From Perna viridis (taxonomy: Eukaryota), in contig CM074519.1 in NCBI GenBank assembly GCA_037379345.1, forward strand, positions 36,172,103 through 36,236,102: 64,000 nt of DNA. Direction: 5' to 3'. A program made the translations under genes and the position numbers. The notes below the pieces were generated by a model that made no database searches, had not been told where the DNA came from, and saw only the letters and a list, made by a program, of their open reading frames with translations. This document shows positions 1-10,604 of this stretch, piece after piece; position 1 is the stretch's first letter; every line of letters begins with the position of its first letter.

Positions 1-322
1 ACTTTTTGTTGTTTTCAAGAATTGGGAATTTATAGATAAAAAAAATTGATTCCATTTCACTTTATGTAAGTTTTTGGGGGAATATACATGCATTGCTGAT
101 AAGGGAACCAAGGATGATAGGCAACATTGATTCACTGTAATTCTTGAGGCCTGATTAAGAAATATTTTTTTAATTGGAAACAGCCAGTTGTTTACTGCTT
201 TTTCATTCACCTTTTTCCCTTGGATTATGGATTTAAGGTAGCTGTAACCACGAATATACTTTCTTTCAATTTCAGAATTTATTTTATTCCAAATAAACTT
301 TGTAATGATTGTTCATCTAAAA

Positions 323-450
323 TCATTTCCACAAAAAAAATTGTAAGTATAAAATTAGTCATAAGTTCTGACATCAGAATACATTAAAATATTGTGACAT
401 AATAACTTAATTATGACTAATTTTACTATTACAACTTTTTGTGAAAATGA
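323..450. mobile_element. Short foldback MITE (PIF/Harbinger-like, family uncertain)
   Basis: Imperfect ~40-bp inverted ends: TCATTTCCACAAAAAAAATTGTAAGTATAAAATTAGTCATAA vs the reverse complement of TTATGACTAATTTTACTATTACAACTTTTTGTGAAAATGA. No ORF. Confidence 0.6.
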
Positions 451-1788
451 CCACTGGACCTTAAAATGGGCCAAGAAAATCAAAAACTTATACAAGCATC
501 CATGATATAGCTTTGGCTTAAGTAGTCGTTATAACAGAACAATCTGCCAATGTACAATCATTTTCTTGTATTTAGGGTAGGGGGCAATAATCCAATGATG
601 CACTACAATCTTTTCTGTTGGGATCCAAAAATTGATACCAGAACCATAATTGCAATTCATATCCGGTTTCTCAATTAGTTAAACTGTTAAAGTAAAATTC
701 AGAGTAATGACAGCTAGAAATTTTATTTTTTAATCTGAAAGTTTAATCTGCAGTGTAAAAACACTTTACATTTGCTGAAACTGGGATAAAGACTAGTCTT
801 AACTTCAAATGTCACAATGTGTCATTTTATTGTAATTTGTTGATATTGACTTGTAAACAAATGTGACCTATTTGTAAAAATCATAATGCAAGTCAGATCA
901 TCAGCCAAGAATCATGATTCGTATCTAATTGGATGGAGTGGAATGTTTACACCACTAATAATGGGCTAGTATTTTTAACTCTTAAGGATTTGTTGTACAC
1001 TTTTGCCAATGACCAAAGGCAAATGCTGGCATAACCTCACAATCCTAGGGTAATGCAACCAGTACTGTACACATAATACAAATATAATAATTAACAGCAA
1101 CCCAGTAGCCCATGGCTACTGGAATTTTAGCTGGGCTACCAAACTTCTGGTAAAATTTAGTTAAACATATAGAAAACATTGCATAAAAATATGGTCTTGG
1201 TTACCAGCTTATATAAATGTCCTAATTTTTACTCATGTAATACTTACTCTAGATTTGGCTTTGGTAAATACATGGTTTTCCATCTCATGGCTTGATTTTG
1301 TCATAGGTGTTGAGGACTGTCTAACAGCTTCATCACTTTAATATAAAACAGGATGAGAATATCCAATTAATATATATAAAATTGACCAAAAGCAGAAAAT
1401 TTAAGGCTCTCAGAAAATACAGTATTTTTAAAGAAAATACTAGGTCCATATTGATTAATATTAATTTTTTACTGTATTTAAGGAGGTAGACTTAGGGTAA
1501 GGGAAACAACTCTTACAAATCATTGCAACATTTGCATTCAGCATTTTACATCAATCTCGTGTAAGCATCTTGTTGTGCACTTCAGATCAAAATTGTCCTT
1601 CTACCATAAAAAGGTTTTAAACATTTTTCAAAAAAATTTCTATTGGGTAATAGAAAAAAATATAACTATGGGCTGAAGTAGGAAAAAATAAGAAACATTA
1701 ATGCAAATTCAGCTCAAACCAGAACAAACACGCAACAGTGCCTCACATTATATTATGCTAGCATCATTCATAAATTATTCTATGTGGT

Positions 1789-1990
1789 CAGGGATTCAAA
1801 TTTACTTTTAAGAGTAGAAGGTCCTGGACTTCTTTTAAATTTGAAATCAATAGTCTACATGAGGACTAATAAAAGTCCTCAATAAATTGTCAATGAAAAA
1901 GGTCCAGGACCTAGGAAAATGAAATTTCAAACGTCCAAGGCCAAAAATGTTGGGTCCCTGACTTCAAGCCACCACTAACTTGAACCCCTG
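1789..1990. mobile_element. hAT-like MITE
   Basis: Ends CAGGGATTCAAATT ... AACTTGAACCCCTG form a 14-bp imperfect TIR starting CAGGG, typical of hAT. Internal GGTCC/GGAC repeats. No clean 8-bp TSD seen. Confidence 0.55.
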
Positions 1991-2651
1991 TTGTGTACAT
2001 GTATGTTGTTTGTTTTGGTTTTCATCCAGTGTATTATCAAACTACTTTTTTTCAGCATTATCTTTTGTATACATTATCCTGTACATGACTTGGTTGTAAT
2101 AATCTGAAATTAGTGACATCATTCTCCTGACATGAGACATCTGACAGGCACGTAAAGATGTACCAGTGTCTGTCTGTCTGTCTGTTCAGGATGACCGATT
2201 GCTCTAACTTCAACAGACTTTATAAAAATTTTGGTACATGTACAACTGTGTTAGTAGTAAAAGGTAGCCACTTCACAAAATGCGGTTGAGCTCAAATTTT
2301 GAAGAAGGCTTATTCATATACATCTGCCATTAGTAACATTTTTTATCCATTTCATACACATACTGCCTGCAGTTGAAAGTGGTATACTTGATTACTACAT
2401 GAAGGAAGAATATTGCCCAAGGTGAAGTTTACCAGAACTGACACGTGTCTTACCAGGGTTCGACACTAACTTTTCTTGCAAGGTAGTCCACAACGGTTTA
2501 TCAGATTGTTTAGAAAATGTATCTAATATGATTTTAGTGATATTCAGTATATTACCACAAACAAAATTAAAAGGTCCAAGGTCAGAAACACCCATTAATT
2601 TGAACCCCAATACATGCATGTCGGTTACCTGCTACTTTTTTCCCCCTAAAC

Positions 2652-2822
2652 CCAAGGGCCTAATATGGACAATTATAACAAGGAGAAGTTTTAGTAAAAT
2701 AACAATATTAACATTTTAGTCTACGTTATTTATTAGAAATATGTTTCCCTGTCAAAGACAAATGGGAGAAGTGAGTACAATCAAGGAGAAGATTACAATT
2801 TCTCCCTCTAGATTAAGCCCTG
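2652..2822. mobile_element. Degenerate hAT-like MITE
   Basis: CAAGGGCCTAAT ... ATTAAGCCCTG termini, with repeated GGAGAAG subterminal motifs. Confidence 0.4.
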
Positions 2823-3374
2823 TATCTTTTTATGGATATTTCGAGATAAGCCCTGACCAGTCTGTGCTATTTATATGGATTAATAAAATACAATATATTT
2901 GCTTAGAATGAAATTATATTAGGTACATGTATCTACCGGGGTACCTACCAAGTACTCTCTAGTAAATCTAACTAGCATTCAGGAAACAAGATACTATATG
3001 TATTTTGTACAGTGATTTAATCACTTTTACAATGACATTAATATGTATTTGAAGTACCTGACCAGTCCTTAAGGACTTTTTTAAAAAATTACATTCAGGA
3101 AACAAAAGTGTGAATCAAACTGTAGTTTTTAGAACTTTATTTTCATATACACTACCATCAACCTAAATTTAATTTCTCCACTCTCTACAGTTGAGTCACT
3201 ACTATACCACTTTGAAATTTTTGGGGGATTTTAATGAAATAGTGAAGATAACTCTTGCTCAATTTGTTTTTTTTTTGCATATTTTGTGAAAACTATTTTC
3301 CTCTGTTTTTAACATAATAATTGAAGTATAGTTTTATAAGGACAACCATCTTGTGTTAAGTAGTTGATAATCCT

Positions 3375-3506
3375 GGCCCCTGTGCAACAAAAGTTGACAA
3401 AAATCCTAACTGTCATAAACTTCAAAGATTATGATTGGAATTACCAAGGAAGTTAAGAATATTCACAGACTTAAGTATTTTTTTCAGTTTTGTGGCAGTA
3501 GGGGCC
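3375..3506. mobile_element. Short MITE (PIF/Harbinger-like)
   Basis: GGCCCCTGTGCAACAAAAGTTGA ... TCAGTTTTGTGGCAGTAGGGGCC imperfect TIRs. Confidence 0.55.
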
Positions 3507-3712
3507 AAACTTTTCATGTTTCAAGAATACTCATAATTTTATTTTCAGTCTGATTTAATTGACTAATGTTACAGATTGCTTTATGTTTATACTGCACATA
3601 TCAAGCATCAATAATTTCTTTGTAATTAAAAGAACTTTAAAACCACAAAAAGTAAGAAACAGTTGTGATATGATTTATCAATATTAGATTAAATAAACTT
3701 GATATTTACTAT

Positions 3713-3863
3713 AGGATTAAACAGCTATTTTCAGTTGTTCATGCATGTATGAATGGATCTCGGAACCCCCTAACTCAATGAACAAAGGCTGTTCATGTAA
3801 TGTTTGGGACTGGAGAGATCCATTCATACATGCATGAACGACCGAAAATAGCTGTTTAATCCT
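3713..3863. repeat. 49-bp inverted repeat (foldback), probably part of a Crypton-like non-autonomous element extending to ~4450
   Basis: Arms 3713-3761 and 3815-3863 match at 47/49 with a 53-bp spacer. The TTCATGCATGTATGAA motif recurs at ~4334. Confidence 0.8.
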
Positions 3864-3951
3864 CATAATTCTATCCTGACATTTGGGAACTATCTTTTTT
3901 AAATGTGTTGAACAGGTAAATGTATTTACAGAATCTAGTTCTGGGAGAGAG

Positions 3952-4110
3952 TAATCAAGGGAACCAAGGTTCTAGTGGTAATCAAAAGAATTGAATCCAA
4001 GGACAAAGACCAGACATGGAAAACAGACATACACAACAAAGAACACAAAGTAATTAAAATCATACATACAAAGTAACAAAAGCAAATGAGCAACTCAGAC
4101 TCCAATAAAA
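3952..4110 (-). repeat. Interspersed repeat (SINE-like or retroelement 3' fragment), copy 1
   Basis: 3952-4068 aligns colinearly with 33795-33911 (TAATCAAGGGAACCAAG...GGACAAAGACCAGACATGGAAAACAGACA...AAAATCATACATA). Strand is inferred. Confidence 0.7.
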
Positions 4111-4749
4111 ATTTAGGACAATTTAATTTTGGGGCGAATTTACTTCTAGTTCTATTTTAAGCATTTATAAGTTTCTTCCCCCACGCTGAAAATTACTCTT
4201 TGTAAACAAAATTTTACCGGTAAAATCAATGTGGATGTAACAAACTATTCCTACGGCTACATTATGCTGTTTAAGTCGTTGCCAAGTTCTTTCGAACAAC
4301 ATAACCGCCATATTGGTTCCAAGTTGACTGGCATTCATGCATGTATGAACGATCTGGCGAAGTTCATGAGAGTAAGAACTTTCTGGAAAATACGTTCTCG
4401 ACCAATCAAACACGGCTATAAGCATGAAGAATCTTATGATTACAATTATATTTTTTGGGAAATGGGTAAAATTTAAAATTCAAAATTTGAATTAACATAC
4501 CACTATTCTGTTGGTTTTACCCTACCAGATATTTCTATATTCAACATGTACTTGTTCATCAGCAAAAACTGTAAACATTTATTTCTGTTTCTTTTCTATG
4601 TCAAATTCAAGTAGTTTTCACAGAGTTATTCTCTTATTCAATACAAATTCCCATGCACAGGAAATTCATGAAAATTGTCGATAGGGCTCAATGCAATGGA
4701 AGGATATAGGGTAATGGTCCTTGTTCGTCAGTGCTTCTGTGTGTCTGAA

Positions 4750-5165
4750 GTTTGTGAATGCAACTCCTCTGTGACCACTTGACTGATTTCTTTCCAATTT
4801 TGTAGGATTTTTAAATACTTTATGTAGTTGATCATACCAAATCGCCATTTCATTTCAAACAATTTCATGGGAATTATTAGACTCTGACTGTTTTTTGTAC
4901 ATTGACACAATACGTCAATAGGAAGACTTTGCGAACACAACTCCTGTTATTGATGGACAGATTTCCTTCAAATTTTGTAACATTGTTAGATACAAGTACA
5001 TTATGTAGTTGATTATAACACATTATGTTTCGGACAATTTTGTGGGAGTTATCAGACTTTAACCATTTTTTTTACATAGCTGCAATGAAAGATTTTGTGA
5101 ACAAAACTCTTCTGTAACGGCTTGATAAATTTCCTTCAAATTTTGTAGCAATGTTAGCTCCACCT
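4750..5165. repeat. Degenerate ~170-bp tandem units, HINE/Helentron-associated satellite type
   Basis: TTGTGAATGCAACTCCT...ATTT(C)CTTCAAATTTTGTA-like units recur at ~4752, ~4929 and ~5095. Confidence 0.55.
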
Positions 5166-6015
5166 ACTCACATCTTGTGCCACTTCACATGAATTACGAT
5201 TCAAAGTGTCAACAAAGCAAGCTCTCTCATGATAAATAATTTTTTAAGCAAATATGGTATCAGCATACAGGAATATGATTCTGTAATTGAACTATACTCT
5301 GGGTCACCTGCCCACTGGATAAAAAATGAAGATAAAAAATATGTTTCATTCTTTGGCTCCATGAATGATAATTTTTTTAAATTAATGCATCAACCAATGA
5401 GTTCTATGGCTTGACATCATTTTCGGTCTGTTGAATTTGCAAATCCATGTTCTTAAAAATTCCTTACGGGGATTTCAATTGTAAGCTTGTTTCTGTCATG
5501 GCAGATTCTAGCCTAGCAGCAACTAATTTGCATAATTTCTTTCTGGTTTTCTTAAAGACCAATCAGATTAACTTCCGCCAAGATTGGAAAATTTTGCACC
5601 ATTTCCACAAAAAATGTCTATTCAATGTCGGCCTAATGTATTTTGTCTTATCATATCTATCTACTTAGAATAATGAAATTAACATACATGTATTCTGAAG
5701 CTGTATGTAAACAAACAATGCGCTGTCAAAATCAGCTGTTCAGCATCTGTTTTACAAGAATAATTCCCCTTTGCACAGAAAATACTGTCAACATTTGTGA
5801 TTTAATTTGGTCTACAGCTCGCAGCATAGTCTGATAAATACCTGGCATACCTCATATTTATTATTTATTGGCCCTTAATTGACAAAGCATCACCTGTATC
5901 CAATATACAACACGAAAAAGATGGCGGCAAGGGTGAGGTACGCTGAAAGTTACGAACCTAAAATCTTGAAGTAGACAAGAAAAACTAAGAACTTTTACAG
6001 AAATGTAACCAAATT

Positions 6016-7163
6016 TTGAAACACAAACTACTGTTAATGTATATAAACGATGAAAAGACGAATAAATGGGAAGAAATCATAAGAGGACAGAAAAATGAAA
6101 ATGTAAACAAGCTGCGAGCTCAAACACACCTTCGCCCTGACCTGATAAAATGGTGGATAGGTCCGACTGATACGAAATTAAAACAGGCTTATCATAATAC
6201 CCCAGATCAAAGCAATGCATCTGTATTATCAGCAGCCCATACTACATTATACAGGCCATATCAAGGATACCCATTCACACCATATAACCAGCCACCAGCT
6301 CCTTATACAACACCAGCCAATATACCACCCAATATGTTACCCCAACATATTCAACCACTGCAGCCTATACCATCACCATCTCCACCTCCTCTCATATATC
6401 ATCCACAAATTGATACTTTTATTAGCACTGTTACAGAAAAGCTAAATAAAGGTAGATATATTAGATGACATTTTGTCAAGACTTGTAGCTATGGAGAACA
6501 ATTTTAAAAGAATTGACAATGAAATATGTGAAATAAAACAGAACATGAAATCAAACAATGAGACAATGAACAAAATGGATAAAGGCATTCATGGATGAAC
6601 AAATGGCTAATCTTAAACAAGAAAATGAAATATTAAAAGAAAAAAACATCCAACAGCAGGCCAGGTCAATGAGAGAGAATCTCATCTTAAGGGGTATCAC
6701 AGACACATATGATCCTGATGAGAACACAGAGGAAACACTGGTTCAATTTATTAAGACAGAATTAAAAATAGAGGATGATATCAATTTTCATGTTGTGCAT
6801 AGGCTCATACCAAAACCAGATAAATCCTCTAGGGGTATCATAGCAAAATTTGAGAAGAGAAAAGACAAAAATAGGGTCTTGAGTGTGGCAATTGATAAGC
6901 TCAAAGATAATGATAAATTCAGTGTCCATGAGCAATATCCAATTGAAATTATAGAGAGGAGAAAGGAGCTCATACCATATCTTATAGATGCCAGAGACAA
7001 ACAGCATCATGCAGTTTTAAAAGAGGACAAACTATATATAGATGGAAGGAGATTCATCCCAAGGGGTCCTTTTGTACCATATCCCCCTCCAACTCAACCT
7101 GAAAACAAACAAAACAGCCAGGGTTCTCCAATGCAGACAGGTCAAAGGGAGAATCCGACCTAG
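6016..7163 (+). pseudogene. LINE ORF1 (Pro-rich N-terminus, coiled coil, L1-ORF1/Transposase_22-like RRM-CTD), frameshifted
   Basis: ORFs 6016-6468 and 6591-7163, joined by a coiled-coil-like reading at ~6460-6590. Motifs RSMRENLILRGI, FHVVHRL, IIAKF, EQYPIEIIERRKEL, DKLYIDG. Confidence 0.8.
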
Positions 7164-7226
7164 GACAGGTGTACAAGAGGGAATGAAATCCAACAAGAAA
7201 AAAATAAAAAAAAGACAATTTCAAAC

Positions 7227-10200
7227 TTGAAAGTTTTATTTCTGAATGTGTGCAGACTGATGTCTAAACTTAAATTTATTAAATTTAAAGAAAAAATTGA
7301 ATTGTATGACATATGCTTCTTAGAGACAAAACTTGATAATTTTGATGGAATTGAGCTTCCAGTTGACTATGTATATGCGACAAAAAATAGGAAAAATTTT
7401 GTAAAAAAATCAGGTGGAATAGCAATAATTTACAAAAAATGTCTTCAAAATCTACTTTCATTTGTTGATACAGAGAGTGAAACATTTTAGATCAGAGAGG
7501 GGGGTTACAAAAAGATATATTGTTTGGTTGTGTTATATTCCACCTGAAGGTTCCAAATATGCAAATGAGGAAGCATTTGATGATATTGAACACGAAATGA
7601 CAACCTCAATTAGAAATAGTCCGAATATGCATTGTGCACTTGTAGGAGATTTTAATGCTAAGACAGGTACACTGAGTGATTATATAATACCAGATGATAC
7701 TTTATTACAGATCTTTCAATTATATGAAGAATTACAAAAACTTACAGGCCTTAAATATTCCTTTACAAAGAGTTACTCAATGTAGCGGTCAACCAAATAC
7801 GTATGGGTATAAACTGCTTAATTATTGTAAGAGGCTAAATATGTTTATTGCTAATTCCAGGATAGGTCTTGACCGAGGAATCGGCAAGAAAACATGTAAA
7901 AATGTAAGTGTAATTGATTATTTATTGCTATCTTCCAGTTTATTTCCTTATGTTTGTCATTTTGATATTGATGATTTTGACCCTGTATTGTCCGATGTAC
8001 ATAACTCAATACACATTTCTCTTCGCATTAATTCACTTAGGGCGAATCAAAACGATAACAACCCACCCGTCACAAAACCAGTCAAGTGGAGAGACAAAAA
8101 ACAGGTCGAGTTCACCCAATGTTTACACGGTAAACAAATTGAGTTGACAGATATTTTGAAAGATATTGATAATTTACAAATGATCGATTACATTGATCAA
8201 AATGACATAGATAATGTCATTGGTAAGATTTGTGGAGTGTTTTAATCAACTAGACAACAAGTATTCAATAAAAATAAACCCCGAAAAAATAGATTCAAGC
8301 CCAATCCAGAGCCATGGTATAATACTCAATGTTATGACCATAGAAAAAAGTTTCACAAGGCTAGAAAACGATATAACGAACACAAGAGTGAGCCAAATCG
8401 GCTGAGTATGTTTCGGTGCAGTTAACTGTATAAAAAAGTCACAAGCAAGGCATACAATGACTTTCAACTGAAATTTGAGACAAACATTCAGAAAACTGCA
8501 AAATCAAACAGTAAAGAATTTTGGAAGATACTTAACAATTGTCTGAAAACAAATAAAAATAACCCTAACGATATTGATTTGAAGGTGTTGACTGAACATT
8601 TCAAGAAATTAAACCAAAATGTACATGAGGATGAGAGTGTTGATGTTGATATTAATGTAAATGATATAACTCCAGAAATGGATGAGATACTCAACTCTCC
8701 GATTACTGAAGCTGAAATTCAAAAAGTGGTAAAATGTTTGAAGAATGGGAAGTCAAATGGAACAGATGAAGTGCTAAATGAATATATTAAATATTCCATT
8801 GACGATATGATGCCCATTTATGTTTCTTTATTTAATTTGGCTTTAGATTCAGGGGTGATACCGGAGAGTTGGGGTGAAGGTATTATTATCCCTATTTTAA
8901 AGAACAAGGGGTCTACATCAGATCCGTAATGTTATAGAGGTGTTACATTGAACACTTTTTCAAAAGAATTTAATCTTATAACCAATGCACAAGCAGGATT
9001 TAGGAAAGGGTTTTCAACCATTTATAACATTTTCATTTTACACTCTCTTTTATCTATTTATTTTACACTTGGAAAAGTTATACTGTACTTTTGTAGACTT
9101 TAAGAGTGCTTTTGACACAGTATGGAGAGTACCGGTAGGTCTATGGCAAAAGATGCATAGATCGAACATACAGGGAAAGATATTTAAGGTCATTTATAAT
9201 ATGTACTAAAATATCAAATCTTGTGTGAGAAAAGGGGATGATTGTTCGGACTTTTTTGGCTGTGATATTGGCGTGAAACAAGGGGAAAATTTATCGCCTT
9301 TCCTATTTTCTCTTTACCTCAACGATTTAGGAACCTTTTTCACAGAAAATGATGTTGATGGTTTAGAAAGTATATCTAATACGTGTTTAGATCAGTTGGG
9401 AATGCTAATTAAACTATTTATCATTTTGTATGCTGACGATACTGTTATTATGTGTGAATCAGTAGAAGGTATGAAAAATGCAATAGAAAAATTTGAAGAA
9501 TATTGTAATGTTTGGAAGTTAAAGGTCAATACTCAAAAAACCAAAATTGTAATTTTTAGCAAGAGGAAGCACAATCCTCAAACGACTTTTAAATTGTATG
9601 GTAATGACAAAGATCTTGTAGATTCATATTCTTATCTGGGTGTGTTATTTAATTATAACGGAAATTTTTGTGCAGCAAAAAAGAAGTGAACTGATCAAGC
9701 TACCAAGGCTATGTATGCCTTGTATAGAAAATTGCAAAATTTATCTCTACCAGTGGATTTACAGTTAAAATTATTTGATTCTCTTATCAGACCCATTCTC
9801 ACTTATTCTAGCGAGGTTTGGGGTTTTGAAAACATAAAAAATGTTGAGAAGATTCACTTACAATTTTGCAAAAAGATATTAAAGATACGAAATAATACAC
9901 CAAGTTACATGGTGTATGGAGAACTTGGATGTTTTCCCATGGAAATTATTATTAAACTGAGAATGGTTAGTTTTTGGAATTCTCATTAAGAAGGAAATAA
10001 TAGACTGTCAAGTATTATATACAATCTTATGTTAAAGCTGCAAATAAATAATATTTTTTCATTTAAATGGATTAATTTTGTTAAATCCATATTTGATGGA
10101 ACTGGGTTGAGTTTCATATGGAGTGAGTTGAGTGTTAAGAAAAATATGTTAAAATCAGTTGTAAAACAAAAATTGGTTGATCAATTTATTCAGGACTGGT

Positions 10201-10604
10201 TCTCACAACTAGGTAATTCTTCACGGGGAAAGTTTTATGGATCTTTTAAGACTGAATTTAAGTTAGAGTCGTATTTGATTAAGCTGAACACGGCTGATCA
10301 TTTTTATATGGCAAATTTTAGATGCTCTAATGCAAAACTTCCTGTTGAGACTGGGAGATGGGCCAGCATACCGATACACCAGCGAATATGCAAATGTAAA
10401 ATTCTGGGAAATGAATATCATTACCTATTTGTTTGTAACCATCCCTAAATTGTGGAAGCTAGAAACAAATTTATTCCACAATATTATACTCGTAATCCAA
10501 ATGTGAGCAAACTGAATGGGCTATTAAGGTATTGTAATGTTCGTGTATATCGCAATCTTTCACATTTCATCAAAAACATTATCAAAATTCTTGCATCTAT
10601 GTAG
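7227..10604 (+). pseudogene. LINE ORF2: APE endonuclease, reverse transcriptase and C-terminal Cys/His motif, with multiple stops and frameshifts
   Basis: APE motifs FLNV, ETKLD, GGIAI, YIPPE, GDFNAKTG, SVIDY, SDVH. RT motifs FVDFKSAFDTVWR, GVKQGENLSPFLF, YADD, YLGV. C-terminal VYGELG, ETGRW, RICKC..EYHYLFVC. In-frame stops at e.g. 8243, 8927, 9207, 9687, 9987, 10446. Apparent deletion near 8950 (after YRGVTL). Natural stop TAG at 10602-10604. Confidence 0.92.
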
